From the IMG/VR virus record IMGVR_UViG_2606217105_000003, positions 1 through 35,286 of that record: 35,286 bases of DNA. The stretch is one strand, 5' to 3'. The notes beneath the pieces are model-generated. The model was not told the DNA's origin and did no database searches. It saw nothing but the letters and a program-made list of their open reading frames with translations. Source of the DNA: a virus. Its lineage: Duplodnaviria; Heunggongvirae; Uroviricota; Caudoviricetes. The stretch's first letter is position 1. Every line of letters begins with the position of its first letter. Below, piece after piece: positions 18,373-28,909 of this stretch. The translations under genes were made by a program, and so were the position numbers.

Positions 18373-19274
18373 TGGGAGCAGTCACTTCCGAAGTCCTTCA
18401 CGCGCTGACCACCTGTCTGAGCGCCGCTTATACCCGTGGTCTGAGTGGTGTCACCCCACAATGGCAGCGCATCGCCTCTGAAATCCCGAGTTCGTCCGCC
18501 TCCAATACCTACGGCTGGATGAAAGATTTACCGGAGATTAAGGAATGGGTCAGCGCCCGTCAGATGGCAACGCTGGACGGTTATGGTTACACCCTTGCGA
18601 ACAAAACCTGGGAAAGTTCGATCCGCGTTAAACGCGAACACATTGAAGACGATCAGATTGGTCAGTACAGCATTATCGCTGAACGCTATGGCCGCCAGAC
18701 ATCGGAGTTCCCGGACAAGCTGTGTTACCCCCTGCTGTGTGCCGGGTTTAACACCCTGTGTTTTGACGGTCAGAACTTCTTTGATGAAGACCACCCGCTG
18801 GGCGACGGCACCTGCAGCAACGTTGTCGGCACCCCGGCATCAGACCAGGGAGAACCGTGGTTCCTGATTGATGATTCTCAGGTACTGAAACCCATCATCT
18901 GGCAGACGCGACGCGCCTTTAAGTTTGAAGCCCTGGATGATCTGAACAGCGAGCACACCTTCAAGAATAACGAGTTCCTTTACGGGGTGGACGGTCGCTG
19001 CAATGCGGGCTTCGGCTTCTGGCAGACCGCCGTCGGTTCCCGTGCGGCACTGACAGCGGAGAACTACGAGAAGGCCAGCAATCTGCTGCTGGGTATGAAG
19101 ACCACCAACGGTGAACCGCTGGGCATCCGCCCGGCCACCCTTGTGGTGGGGCCGAAAAACCGCGCGGCTGCGAAGCGCATCATTGACGCCATGCTGGTAA
19201 ACGGCGGCGATTCCAACATCTGGTACAAGGATGTGGATATCGTGGTCAGTCCGTTCATCACCACCCCGGCATAA
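18372..19274 (+). CDS. Major capsid protein (Mu T-like)
   Basis: 300 aa; position after I; followed by a strong palindromic hairpin. Confidence 0.75.
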   Translation: MGAVTSEVLHALTTCLSAAYTRGLSGVTPQWQRIASEIPSSSASNTYGWMKDLPEIKEWVSARQMATLDGYGYTLANKTWESSIRVKREHIEDDQIGQYSIIAERYGRQTSEFPDKLCYPLLCAGFNTLCFDGQNFFDEDHPLGDGTCSNVVGTPASDQGEPWFLIDDSQVLKPIIWQTRRAFKFEALDDLNSEHTFKNNEFLYGVDGRCNAGFGFWQTAVGSRAALTAENYEKASNLLLGMKTTNGEPLGIRPATLVVGPKNRAAAKRIIDAMLVNGGDSNIWYKDVDIVVSPFITTPA

Positions 19275-19352
19275 CCCGTCATCCGTAATCTGTAACCCGC
19301 AGTTAAAAGGCGCTGTGAATGCCCTTTTAACTGCCTTTTAAAAGGCAGAGTC
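19275..19352 (+). terminator. Hairpin-rich region after the major capsid gene
   Basis: Perfect palindrome CTGCCTTTTAAAAGGCAG plus an adjacent imperfect hairpin. Confidence 0.45.
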
Positions 19353-19664
19353 ATGAGTGAAAAAGCAGGAACCAAAGGCGCGAAAGCCGCAAAGAACAGC
19401 GCAGCACAGGAAAACCCGGCACCGCTGGCAGACGTTATTGTGGCTGACGGTCAGGCGAATGAACCACGTCCGGCTGAAGACCCGGTTACTGTACAGGGTG
19501 ACGCCCCTGTCCAGCTGAACGTCCGGGCCGTGTCTGAAAACGGATTCTGGCGCTGTGGCCGTTTCTGGTCACATGCCGGTGAGGATGTGGCGGTGACCGC
19601 TGCGGTTGCCACCCGCCTGATGGCAGAGCCGAATCTGATTGTCCGGGAAGCGGAGAAAGGCTGA
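19353..19664 (+). CDS. Hypothetical Ala-rich virion-associated protein
   Basis: 103 aa; between the major capsid and head-tail genes. Confidence 0.45.
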   Translation: MSEKAGTKGAKAAKNSAAQENPAPLADVIVADGQANEPRPAEDPVTVQGDAPVQLNVRAVSENGFWRCGRFWSHAGEDVAVTAAVATRLMAEPNLIVREAEKG

Positions 19665-20101
19665 TGGGGTATATCACGCAGGAAGACCTGTTACGCGCGG
19701 ACGGCAATCTTGTCTGGAACATGGCGATTAACCGGGAAACCAACGAACTGGATGAAGACAAAATCCGTCAGGCCATCAGTGATGCTGAAGCGGAGATTGA
19801 TTCGTTTCTGTCCCGCCGCTACCAGCTGCCGCTGGGGGTGACGGAAATCCCGCGCCCGCTGCAACGCGTGGCGGTATCGCTGGCGTTTTACTGGTTATCA
19901 GAGCGTGACAATCAAATCACGGAGCTGATCCAGAAACGCTACGACGACGCCATTAAAACCCTGCGTGAAATGGCGAACGGCACCCGTGATCTGGGCCTGC
20001 CGACGTATGCCACCCCGGCAGAAACCGACCACGGGAAAATCATTGTGGTGGGTGCCAATGCCCGGCTGTTCACCCGTAACAACCTGAAAGGGGTGCTGTG
20101 A
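19664..20101 (+). CDS. Head-tail connector/completion protein (Mu gp36-like)
   Basis: 145 aa; position. Confidence 0.55.
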   Translation: MGYITQEDLLRADGNLVWNMAINRETNELDEDKIRQAISDAEAEIDSFLSRRYQLPLGVTEIPRPLQRVAVSLAFYWLSERDNQITELIQKRYDDAIKTLREMANGTRDLGLPTYATPAETDHGKIIVVGANARLFTRNNLKGVL

Positions 20102-20643
20102 TGGGGATTTCTGTACAGGTCAGCGGTGACCAGCGGCTGGAGGATATCCGCCGTGCCGTTGAAAAACTGGCAGATGGTTCATTGCAGGCAGAGCTGCTGG
20201 AAAGCATCGGTGCGGTGGTGGAATCACAGACCCGCCGCCGCATCATCGATGAGAAAACCAGTCCGGGTGGCGAACGCTGGCCGGACTGGTCTGACGGGTA
20301 CAAAAAGACCCGCCACGGCAACCAGAGTCTGCTGCGTGGTGAAGGCCATCTGCTGGAGAGTATCCAGTACATCGTGGAAAACCGCGTGGTGCGTATCGGT
20401 TCACCGCTGGATTATGCCCGCATCATGAATGATGGCTTTTCCGGCAGTGTGCCGGTCAGCGCCCACAAACGGCTTATCTCGCAGTGTTTCGGGCGGGCGC
20501 TGAAATATCCGGTCTGGCAGACCGTCGGCGCACATAACCGCATGATGAACATTCCGCAACGTGAATTTCTGGGGCTGTCTTCTGCCAATCAGCAGGAGCT
20601 GCAACAGGTTATCAGTCATTTCTGGAAGGAGGTTCTGCCATGA
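20098..20643 (+). CDS. Virion morphogenesis protein (Mu G-like)
   Basis: 181 aa; position after the connector gene. Confidence 0.6.
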   Translation: MMGISVQVSGDQRLEDIRRAVEKLADGSLQAELLESIGAVVESQTRRRIIDEKTSPGGERWPDWSDGYKKTRHGNQSLLRGEGHLLESIQYIVENRVVRIGSPLDYARIMNDGFSGSVPVSAHKRLISQCFGRALKYPVWQTVGAHNRMMNIPQREFLGLSSANQQELQQVISHFWKEVLP

Positions 20644-21251
20644 CAGAACAACGCCCTGAACTGCGCACACCGGGGAGCACCGTTGCGGCCGCAGAGCGCA
20701 TTGTGGCCTGGCTGAAAACAGCACTTCAGGGGAAAACCCCTGACCGGGCTGACGTGGTGGAGCGTCACATCGGCCAGTTCAACAGCCCGGAGGAAGTCAA
20801 ACGCTATCTGTCCGGTCGCACCGGCTGTATCCGTGTCGCGGCCCTGCGTGTCCGGGATATCAACCCGCGCGGCGGGCTGTCCGGTCTGGTTACCTGGGTG
20901 GCTTACATCATGGCGACGGATTCGTGGGGGTACTCCCGCGACGTGCGCTGTGAAGTGCTGGCCGGGAAGGTGATCAAACGCCTGTTGTCGTCGGATGCCA
21001 CCGGGGGCATGGGGGCTGAACGCATGGCTGCTGATGTGCGGGCAGACAACATTTACTCCGCCAGCCTCGACGGGCTGGGCGTCACCATGTGGGCGGTGAC
21101 GTGGGAGCAGGAATTTCAGCTGGATGAAGAGATTGATCTCGCCGCGCTCCCGGACTTCCTGCGCCTCGGGGCAACGCTGCGTAGCGGTGAACATACTGAG
21201 ATTAACGACGTGATCCATGTACGGGGTGACGATGGAACAGAAACTGATTAA
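20640..21251 (+). CDS. Mu gp37-like structural protein
   Basis: 203 aa; position. Confidence 0.5.
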   Translation: MTEQRPELRTPGSTVAAAERIVAWLKTALQGKTPDRADVVERHIGQFNSPEEVKRYLSGRTGCIRVAALRVRDINPRGGLSGLVTWVAYIMATDSWGYSRDVRCEVLAGKVIKRLLSSDATGGMGAERMAADVRADNIYSASLDGLGVTMWAVTWEQEFQLDEEIDLAALPDFLRLGATLRSGEHTEINDVIHVRGDDGTETD

Positions 21252-21417
21252 GCCAGCGCGGGAAAACGTCCGTGTCCGTAAACCGGATGGCGCGCATTTA
21301 TCCCCGGAAGGGGAACGTCTCGACGTCTGCGCTTACTGGCTGCGCCGTGAAGCCGAAGGAGATGTGGAAATAACCGCGCTTCCGAAAAATAGCAACAAAA
21401 CCAGAGGGAAAAAATAA
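21217..21417 (+). CDS. Small Mu gp38-like protein
   Basis: 66 aa; immediately upstream of the sheath gene. Confidence 0.45.
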   Translation: MYGVTMEQKLIKPARENVRVRKPDGAHLSPEGERLDVCAYWLRREAEGDVEITALPKNSNKTRGKK

Positions 21418-22892
21418 TGTCGCTGGGTTCAATTCCTGATGATATCCGCGTCCCGCTTGTCTGGATCGATATCGACAATTCACAGGCGCTGGAGGGTGCA
21501 TCCGCGCAAAGCCGAAAAATTCTGGTCATGGGCCATGCGGTATCGTCCGGCAGCGCAGACGCCCTGTCACTGACCCGCATCACCAGTGACAGCCAGGCAG
21601 ACCAGCTTTATGGCAAAGGGTCGATGCTGGCTGAAATGCTCAAAATGCTGCGTCGTGCCAACACGTACACGGAAACCTGGGCAATGCCGGTTGCCGCGCC
21701 TGAAGGCGCTGCCGCAAAAGCCACGCTGACCGTGCTGGGTACAGCGACTGAAGCTGGAACGGTGGCACTGCTGATTAACGGTGTGTCCGTTCAGGTGAGC
21801 GTGAGCGCCGGGGCTACGAAGGAAAACATTGCAAAAGCCATTGCTGATGCGGTGACGAAAAAGCCTGCCACGCAGGTGGCCGCTGCGGTGAAGGATGATG
21901 CCACGGATACCGTGGAGCTGACCGTGAACTGGCACGGCGTCACCGGCAACGGTGCCGACGTTCGCCTGAACTACTACACCGGTGAAGCCTTCCCGGCAGG
22001 TGTGAAGGTGACCGCTACTGCGTTTACCGGCGGCACCGGGACACCGGAAATGGCGGATGCCGTTGCGGCCATCGGCCCGGAGTGGTTTACCGATATCATC
22101 GCCCCGTTTACCGACACGAAAAGCCTGAACACCCTGCGTGATGAACTGCTGAATCGCTGGGGGCCGCTCAAAATGATGGAGGCGCAGTTGTGGACGGCGT
22201 TTCGTGGCACACACGGGGAAACCGGCACGTTTGGTGAAACCCGCAATGACTGGCTGATTAGCTGTATCGGCACCAACCTGTCACCGCACCCGGCGTGGAT
22301 GTGGGCCGCGTCATACGGCGCAACGGCAGCGTATCACCTTGCCATTGACCCGGCGCGTCCGCTTCAGACGCTGGTTCTGACCGGCATTCTGCCGCCTGCG
22401 CGTAATGTTCGCTGGGATATGCCGGAGCGTAATCTGCTGCTGCATGACGGCATTGCCACGCACATGGTGGACGCCGGGGATAACGTCTGCATCGAGCGTG
22501 AAATCACCATGTACCGGGTTAATCAGTACGGTGATGCGGATGTGTCGTACCTGGATGTGCAGTCCCCCGCCACGCTGGGCCGTATCCGCTACATCATCAA
22601 AAACCGTTTCACGAACCGTTATCCGCGCCACAAGCTGGCGGATGATGACGTGCTGGACTCACTGGATGCCGGTCAGCCGGTGATGACGCCGAAGCTGTGC
22701 ACCGCAGAGCTGCTGGATATCTGCCAGACCGAACTTCTCCCGGCAGGCCTTGTGGAGAACTTCAGCGATTACAGGGACACGCTTCAGGTGACACGCGACA
22801 GCAGCGATAAAAACCGCCTGAACTTTATCTGCCACCCGAATCTGGTGAACCAGCTGCGTGTGCTGGCAGGCCTGATTCAGTTCAAACTTTAA
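21417..22892 (+). CDS. Contractile tail sheath protein (Mu L-like)
   Basis: 491 aa; followed by tube, chaperone and tape-measure genes. Confidence 0.8.
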   Translation: MSLGSIPDDIRVPLVWIDIDNSQALEGASAQSRKILVMGHAVSSGSADALSLTRITSDSQADQLYGKGSMLAEMLKMLRRANTYTETWAMPVAAPEGAAAKATLTVLGTATEAGTVALLINGVSVQVSVSAGATKENIAKAIADAVTKKPATQVAAAVKDDATDTVELTVNWHGVTGNGADVRLNYYTGEAFPAGVKVTATAFTGGTGTPEMADAVAAIGPEWFTDIIAPFTDTKSLNTLRDELLNRWGPLKMMEAQLWTAFRGTHGETGTFGETRNDWLISCIGTNLSPHPAWMWAASYGATAAYHLAIDPARPLQTLVLTGILPPARNVRWDMPERNLLLHDGIATHMVDAGDNVCIEREITMYRVNQYGDADVSYLDVQSPATLGRIRYIIKNRFTNRYPRHKLADDDVLDSLDAGQPVMTPKLCTAELLDICQTELLPAGLVENFSDYRDTLQVTRDSSDKNRLNFICHPNLVNQLRVLAGLIQFKL

Positions 22893-22901
22893 GGGGACCG
22901 C

Positions 22902-23258
22902 ATGGCAAAAATTCTTGGCATGGCGACCATTCGCGTGAATGGCCGCGAAATTAAAACCGAGGGGAAATCCATACTGAATCCGGGCGGCTTCAGCCGCACC
23001 CAGCATATGGGCGGCGGCAAGGTCTGGGGCATCTCCAGCAAGATGGCCTCGCCGTCCATCAAGGTGACCATTGCGGCAGCAGCGGATATGGACGTGATTG
23101 AAATCAGCAGCTGGGAAGACGTCACGGTGATGTTCTACGGCGACAACGGCCTGAACTACATGATGACGGGTTCAGCCACGGATAACCCGGCGGAGCTGGA
23201 CGAGGATTCCGGCACCATCAGTGCGAACTTTATCGGTGAAAAATGCGTGAAGGTGTGA
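22902..23258 (+). CDS. Tail tube protein (Mu M-like)
   Basis: 118 aa; directly after the sheath gene. Confidence 0.7.
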   Translation: MAKILGMATIRVNGREIKTEGKSILNPGGFSRTQHMGGGKVWGISSKMASPSIKVTIAAAADMDVIEISSWEDVTVMFYGDNGLNYMMTGSATDNPAELDEDSGTISANFIGEKCVKV

Positions 23259-23259
23259 C

Positions 23260-23655
23260 ATGGCCGCAATGGAATTTGAACTGAAACACGGGCTTCTGAC
23301 CGGCAAAGGCACGGCAGATGAAACCCTGCATAAAACCGTGAAGCTGCGCGAACTGACCGCCAGTGACGTGATTGATGCGCAACTGGCCGCAGAACGCGTC
23401 GTCATGGGCGGGAACGGAAAGGCGGTGGCTTACTGCTCGGAAGTGCTGATGGGGCTGGAGATGATGCGCCGTCAGGTTGCGGCCATCGGCAGCATTCCCG
23501 GCCCGCTGGACATGAGACAGCTGCGAATGCTCCACCCGGCAGACCTTGAGCTTATCAGCACGAAAGCTGCTGCGCTGGATGACATGCTTGAGGAGGTAGC
23601 AACGCGGGGGCGAACTGATGCCGCTGGCGGCGGCACTGATGAACCTGCTGGTTAA
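23260..23655 (+). CDS. Tail assembly chaperone (Mu gp41-like)
   Basis: 131 aa; between tube and tape measure. Confidence 0.6.
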   Translation: MAAMEFELKHGLLTGKGTADETLHKTVKLRELTASDVIDAQLAAERVVMGGNGKAVAYCSEVLMGLEMMRRQVAAIGSIPGPLDMRQLRMLHPADLELISTKAAALDDMLEEVATRGRTDAAGGGTDEPAG

Positions 23656-23741
23656 CCTGTCTCAGCGATTCAGTATTCAGTACCTGGAACAGCTGCCCCT
23701 GCGGCAGCTGTTCCGCCTGATAAAGCAACTGGAGAAACAGC

Positions 23742-25589
23742 ATGGCAACAGGTAACCGTCTCAGCACGGAAATCATGATCAACCTTGCCGGGAACCTGAC
23801 CGCCAAAGCCCGGCAGTACGGCGCAAACATGTCGCAGTTCGCCCGGAACCATCAGAAGGCCATGCGCCTTGTCAAAGCCACAACGGAGGCCGCCACGCGT
23901 GGCCTTGACACGCTGGGTAACCGCTACACGGCGATGATTGCCGGGCTTGGCAGTAGCCTTACCATCAAACAGGTTGCCGATTTTGATGCGCAGATGCGCC
24001 GGATGGGTACGGATGCCCAGTTAACCACTGAACAGGTAAAGACGCTTCACGACAAAATCAGGGATGTGTCGAACCAGAAAGATATTCGTATTGATGCCTC
24101 TGCGCTTGGTCAGGGGGCCAGCGAACTTCTGGGGAAAACAGGTGATTATCAGTATGTGGTGGATAATCTTCGCAACATGGGACTGGTAATGCAGGCGTTT
24201 GGTGTTGACGGACAGGTTGCTGCCGGGCTGATGGCGCAATTCTGGGAAAAAAACGTCCGGGGCGCTGATGCGGTCAGTAACATGATGGACAGGCTGTATT
24301 CACAGTTCGCAGTGGGGTCTGTGAGCGTTGCCGATGTTGCCCGCGCTGCCCCGAAACTGTTTTCCATCATTCAGGATCAGGGACCGGAAGCCATTGCCCA
24401 GATGGGGGCATTTGCTCAGGTGTTCGCCAAAAACAAAGGTAGCATTGATGAGACGGTAACCAGTATTCAGGCCATGTATGCTTCCCTGTCGGACAAAAAG
24501 AACATCGAGTTCCTGAAAAAAAACGGCATTGACGTTTTTGTCAAAGGCACAAAAGACATCAAAAAGCCCTATGAGCTGATGATGGAAATCCTTAAACGGG
24601 CCAAATACGACCCGCTGAAACTTCAGGATGTGTTTGATCTGACCGGAATGCAGGGGATTAAGGCGCTGCTTAACCCTGAAAACCGGCAACTGATGGAACA
24701 AATGATTTACGGCACGATTGAGCTGGGTTCCACGCAAAAGGCCGCACAGACCAATGCCGAAGGCTTTAATGCCGCAATACAGTCACTGAATAACGAATGG
24801 CAACGTTTTGCTGAAGGGCAACTGGCAAAGCCCGTTCAGGACCTGGCTGATGCGCTCAACAGCGTGGACCAGAACACTGTCCAGAACTGGTTGCAGGTCG
24901 GTAAATATATGGCGATTGCGCTGGGAGGCATTATCGCCATCAGAAAGACGTATCAGTTCGGTAAAACCATCCACGACATCATGAATCCCAAAGGGAAAGG
25001 CAAAGGGATACCCGGTGGCATCACAGATGTTTTCGGCTCCGGTGTGATGCCGGTTTATGTGGTTAATATGGGCAGTGGCGGGATGAATGGTAATACCGGA
25101 GGTCTGCCGGATGCGCCGGATTCATCGCGCAATCCCCGCAATCCTCGGGGTCCGGGTAACCGTGGAGGAAAGGCAGGTAAAGGCGCTGGCATCATTGCCG
25201 GTGCTCTGGAGTTTTACGATTTTCTGACCACGCAATACGCCCTGCCGGGTGAGGTTGACAGTCTCACTAAATCCGTTGCCGGTGATGCCAGCGCCAGCCC
25301 GTGGGAGCGCGAGTTCGCACAACAGAGTCAGAACAATCAGAAAGCGCTCGAGTCCGTCTGGCGTAAGGTAACGGACTGGTTCAACTCGCTGGGTGACAAG
25401 AACATTGCCGACCCGCGACCGTGGGCAGGTATGCAACCCACACAGAATTATCCTTTCCTTCCGCAGCAATTGCAGGGGGAAATCCGTGTGGTAGTGGAAG
25501 GTGACGCCCGCGTGAAAAGCGTCAGAGTGGATCAACCCGGCGTCAGACTCAGTGCGCAGGCTGGCGTCACCAGCGTGGAGCAAGGGTAA
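23742..25589 (+). CDS. Tail tape-measure protein
   Basis: 615 aa; helical with Gly-rich C-terminal part; position. Confidence 0.75.
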   Translation: MATGNRLSTEIMINLAGNLTAKARQYGANMSQFARNHQKAMRLVKATTEAATRGLDTLGNRYTAMIAGLGSSLTIKQVADFDAQMRRMGTDAQLTTEQVKTLHDKIRDVSNQKDIRIDASALGQGASELLGKTGDYQYVVDNLRNMGLVMQAFGVDGQVAAGLMAQFWEKNVRGADAVSNMMDRLYSQFAVGSVSVADVARAAPKLFSIIQDQGPEAIAQMGAFAQVFAKNKGSIDETVTSIQAMYASLSDKKNIEFLKKNGIDVFVKGTKDIKKPYELMMEILKRAKYDPLKLQDVFDLTGMQGIKALLNPENRQLMEQMIYGTIELGSTQKAAQTNAEGFNAAIQSLNNEWQRFAEGQLAKPVQDLADALNSVDQNTVQNWLQVGKYMAIALGGIIAIRKTYQFGKTIHDIMNPKGKGKGIPGGITDVFGSGVMPVYVVNMGSGGMNGNTGGLPDAPDSSRNPRNPRGPGNRGGKAGKGAGIIAGALEFYDFLTTQYALPGEVDSLTKSVAGDASASPWEREFAQQSQNNQKALESVWRKVTDWFNSLGDKNIADPRPWAGMQPTQNYPFLPQQLQGEIRVVVEGDARVKSVRVDQPGVRLSAQAGVTSVEQG

Positions 25590-26863
25590 TGACAACAGGC
25601 AAAGGCAAATGGGACGGGCTGCGCGATGCCTCGTTTCGCGGCGTCCCCTTCTTTCTGGTGGATACGGAAGGCACCGGTGGCCGCAGGGCTATTCCCCGTG
25701 CTTACCCCCGGCGCGAAACCGCCTGGACGGATGATAACGGGGCCGTTCCGGGGCAACAGCAGATTAACGCAAAGCTGCCAGGTAAAAACTTCCGGGATGA
25801 TTTAAACGCCCTTTTAGACGCGCTCAATACCCCCGGCCCCGGCGAGCTTATCCACCCGTGGTTCGGGATACAGACCGTACAGGTTGGCAAGGTCACCCAT
25901 CGCCTCAGCACGGAGGAAGACGGCATTGCGTATGTCACCTTTGAAGTGTTTGAGGCAGGCGAGCGCCTGTTCCCGTCTGCGGCGGATAACACGCAGCAGG
26001 AAGTGCTGACGGGCATTGATGCGGTAAAAGCGGCCATTGACGATGGCGACTGGTTCGGCGCACTTGACGGGCTGGGTGAGATGGCCGACAGCTTTCTGGC
26101 CGATATGGAAAACCTTGTGGCTAATCTGCCCACGTTACCGGCAGCACTGAATCAGTGGATGGACAGGCTGAACCATTTTAAGGAGATGGCCGGAACCATT
26201 ATTGCCACGCCGGGACGTCTGGTCAGTGAGTTGTCATCGTTCATCGACGGCGTGGTTGATCTGGTGACGGAACCACCCGAAGCACTGGCGGTTTACACGA
26301 CATTACGCAACCAGTGGGCCGGAGAACGCGCCCGACAGGTTGCCACCGGCGCACTGCCGGAAGATATCACCGTGAAGCCAGGCAGCGTGGCAGACGGCGA
26401 GATTGGCTTTGCTATCGGGTTGTCACCGGATTATCAGCCGGTATCTGACAGCCTGCAGAAGAACATTGACGACTTCCGCCAGGTGGTGGTGCTGGAAACC
26501 CTGCTGGGACAGGCAAATGCCGTGGCCTCGATGACGTTCGATACCAGTGATGCGGCCTTATCTGCCGGCGACACGCTGGCGGCTGAACTGCATGAGCAGG
26601 CGGTGGCAGCGGTGGAAAATAACCAGCGGGCATTGTGGCGAACGCTGCGTGATTTACGGCAGGCCGTGATTACGGATGCCCGCGAGCGTGCCGCCCGTCT
26701 GCCGGAAACCCGGCAGGTGACGCTGACCACAACCACATCTGCCGCATTGCTGGCATGGCGCGAGCATGGTGACACCAGCCGACGGGATGAAATCGTGCAG
26801 CGTAACCGCCTGCGCCATCCGTCATTCATCCTGCCGACGCAACCTGTGGAGATTACCGACTGA
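25589..26863 (+). CDS. DNA circularisation protein (Mu N-like)
   Basis: 424 aa; after tape measure, before baseplate genes. Confidence 0.65.
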   Translation: MTTGKGKWDGLRDASFRGVPFFLVDTEGTGGRRAIPRAYPRRETAWTDDNGAVPGQQQINAKLPGKNFRDDLNALLDALNTPGPGELIHPWFGIQTVQVGKVTHRLSTEEDGIAYVTFEVFEAGERLFPSAADNTQQEVLTGIDAVKAAIDDGDWFGALDGLGEMADSFLADMENLVANLPTLPAALNQWMDRLNHFKEMAGTIIATPGRLVSELSSFIDGVVDLVTEPPEALAVYTTLRNQWAGERARQVATGALPEDITVKPGSVADGEIGFAIGLSPDYQPVSDSLQKNIDDFRQVVVLETLLGQANAVASMTFDTSDAALSAGDTLAAELHEQAVAAVENNQRALWRTLRDLRQAVITDARERAARLPETRQVTLTTTTSAALLAWREHGDTSRRDEIVQRNRLRHPSFILPTQPVEITD

Positions 26864-27933
26864 TGGAATCCGTGATTCTTACCGTTGACGGCAAATTGTG
26901 GGAAGGCTGGACGGAAATGTCCATCAGCCGTTCCCTGAAGGCGATTGCCGGTGAGTTTGATCTCAGTGTGACAACCCGCTGGTCGGCGGCGGCACCGCGC
27001 GTGATTCGTGAGGGGCAACCCTGCACGGTCAGGCTGGGCGCGGATACCGTGCTGACGGGGTATATCGATGATTTTATCCCCAGCTATGACGCAGATAACG
27101 TGGAGATTCGCGTCATGGGGCGCGACAAAACCGGCGACCTGGTTGACTGCTCTGTGGTGCATTCGTCCGGGAAATGGAAAGGCGTGCGGCTTGAACAGGT
27201 GGCGGCTGATGTCTGCTGCCCGTTCGGGATAACCGTCATTACGGAAACCCCGACCGGGGAGGCGTTTGCGTCTGTCGTTCTGGAACAGGGTGAAACGGGT
27301 TTTGAACTGCTCGACCGGCTGGCAAAACAGCGCGGCGTTCTGCTGACGTCTGACGGCGCAGGTAACCTGATTATCACCCGCGCCTCTTCCGTTCGCGCGG
27401 GTGTGTCACTGGTGCTGGGGAAAAATATCCTCGCCGCCCGTGGACGCTTCAGCTGGCGGGAGCGTAACAGCCAGTACATCATCAAAGGCACCACCAGTGC
27501 CGGTGGCAAACTGTGGGACAGCCAGCCTGCCTCGATGGTGGGCGGTCGCCAGTACATCACCGAAGACCCGGAAATTAACCGTTACCGCCCGCGCATTCTG
27601 GTCAATGAAGACAGCCTGACCGTGGGCGGGGCCAGCATTCGCGGGGAATGGTACAAAGCCCGGATGCTGGGGGAATCCCGCACGACGGAAATCACGGTGG
27701 CAGGCTGGCGCGAACAGGGCGACAGCGGCCCGCTGTGGCAGACCAATCGCCTTGTCGATATCGACGACAGCATTCAGAACCTGAAAACCACCTGGCTGAT
27801 ATCCGGGGTGACCTGGACGGATGGCGCACAGGGGCGGATGACGGTTCTGGCGCTGGTTCCGCCTGAATCACTGGACATGCCGGAAATGAAAGCGAAGACG
27901 AAGAAAACAAAGGCGGTGGCCACATGGGATTAA
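26863..27933 (+). CDS. Baseplate hub protein (Mu P-like)
   Basis: 356 aa; position and size. Confidence 0.65.
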   Translation: MESVILTVDGKLWEGWTEMSISRSLKAIAGEFDLSVTTRWSAAAPRVIREGQPCTVRLGADTVLTGYIDDFIPSYDADNVEIRVMGRDKTGDLVDCSVVHSSGKWKGVRLEQVAADVCCPFGITVITETPTGEAFASVVLEQGETGFELLDRLAKQRGVLLTSDGAGNLIITRASSVRAGVSLVLGKNILAARGRFSWRERNSQYIIKGTTSAGGKLWDSQPASMVGGRQYITEDPEINRYRPRILVNEDSLTVGGASIRGEWYKARMLGESRTTEITVAGWREQGDSGPLWQTNRLVDIDDSIQNLKTTWLISGVTWTDGAQGRMTVLALVPPESLDMPEMKAKTKKTKAVATWD

Positions 27934-28460
27934 ACGCTATTGCCCGCCGTCTGCGGCTGCTGGTTGACCGTGCCGTTGTCCGCATGGTGTCTGACAGTCT
28001 GGAGCGGCAGAACCTGCAAATCCAGACGCTGGCAGATGCCACTGATGACGATGTGGAACGCTTCCAGAATTACGGGTTTACTTCCGTTCCGCCGGAAGGT
28101 TCAGAAGCTATTGTGCTGGCCGTTGGCGGACGGCGTGATGGTCTGGTTGCCATTGCGGTGGAAGACAAGCGATGTCGCCCTAAAGGCCTGTCCCCCGGCG
28201 ACGTCCGGCTGTATCACCGGGACGGAAAATCACACATCACCCTGAAGGAAAACGGCGTCATTCAAATCACAGGAGAACAATTAAACGTTTCAGGGAAAAC
28301 GGTAAATCTCACCGCCGACGAATTGCTGAATATTATCGGTAAACAAATGAAATTCGTCGGTCCCTGTGAATTTACTGAAGATGTCAGAATCAACGGTAAA
28401 TCATTCATCGAACACATTCATAAGGACGGCGACAATGAGAATACATCACCGCCCGTATGA
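27924..28460 (+). CDS. Baseplate spike/assembly protein (gpV-like, Mu Q/gp45 family)
   Basis: 178 aa; position and size. Confidence 0.65.
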   Translation: MGLNAIARRLRLLVDRAVVRMVSDSLERQNLQIQTLADATDDDVERFQNYGFTSVPPEGSEAIVLAVGGRRDGLVAIAVEDKRCRPKGLSPGDVRLYHRDGKSHITLKENGVIQITGEQLNVSGKTVNLTADELLNIIGKQMKFVGPCEFTEDVRINGKSFIEHIHKDGDNENTSPPV

Positions 28461-28909
28461 CGACAGGAATCCACTGGAATAACATGCTCTCACGGGGTGA
28501 CATCACCGTCACCCATAACGGCCTCTCGCTGGATGAGGGGCTGGTCACTCAGGTTCTTATCTGCCTTTTCACCGATGCCCGTGCTGATGACGATGATGTC
28601 ATCCCTGATGGTTCCGGCGACCCGCGCGGCTGGCCGGGCGACACATACAGCGATTTTTCGTGGGGTTCCCGCCTGTGGCTGCTTGAACGCGAAAAGCTGA
28701 CGGAAGATGTCCGCCTGCGCGTGGAGGATTACGCGCGACTGTCCATGCAACCGCTGTTGCGGGCCGGTTACGCCCGTAACGCCACCGTCACGGCCAGAAT
28801 CATCGTCCCTGACTGTATTGCCTTTCAGGTGGTGTTAACCCGCCCGGACAAAACCACGCTCACAATCGAAATCACCCGCCGATGGGAGGCCACCATTAAT
28901 GCCGTATGA
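28457..28909 (+). CDS. Baseplate protein (Mu gp46 family)
   Basis: 150 aa; position. Confidence 0.6.
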   Translation: MTTGIHWNNMLSRGDITVTHNGLSLDEGLVTQVLICLFTDARADDDDVIPDGSGDPRGWPGDTYSDFSWGSRLWLLEREKLTEDVRLRVEDYARLSMQPLLRAGYARNATVTARIIVPDCIAFQVVLTRPDKTTLTIEITRRWEATINAV

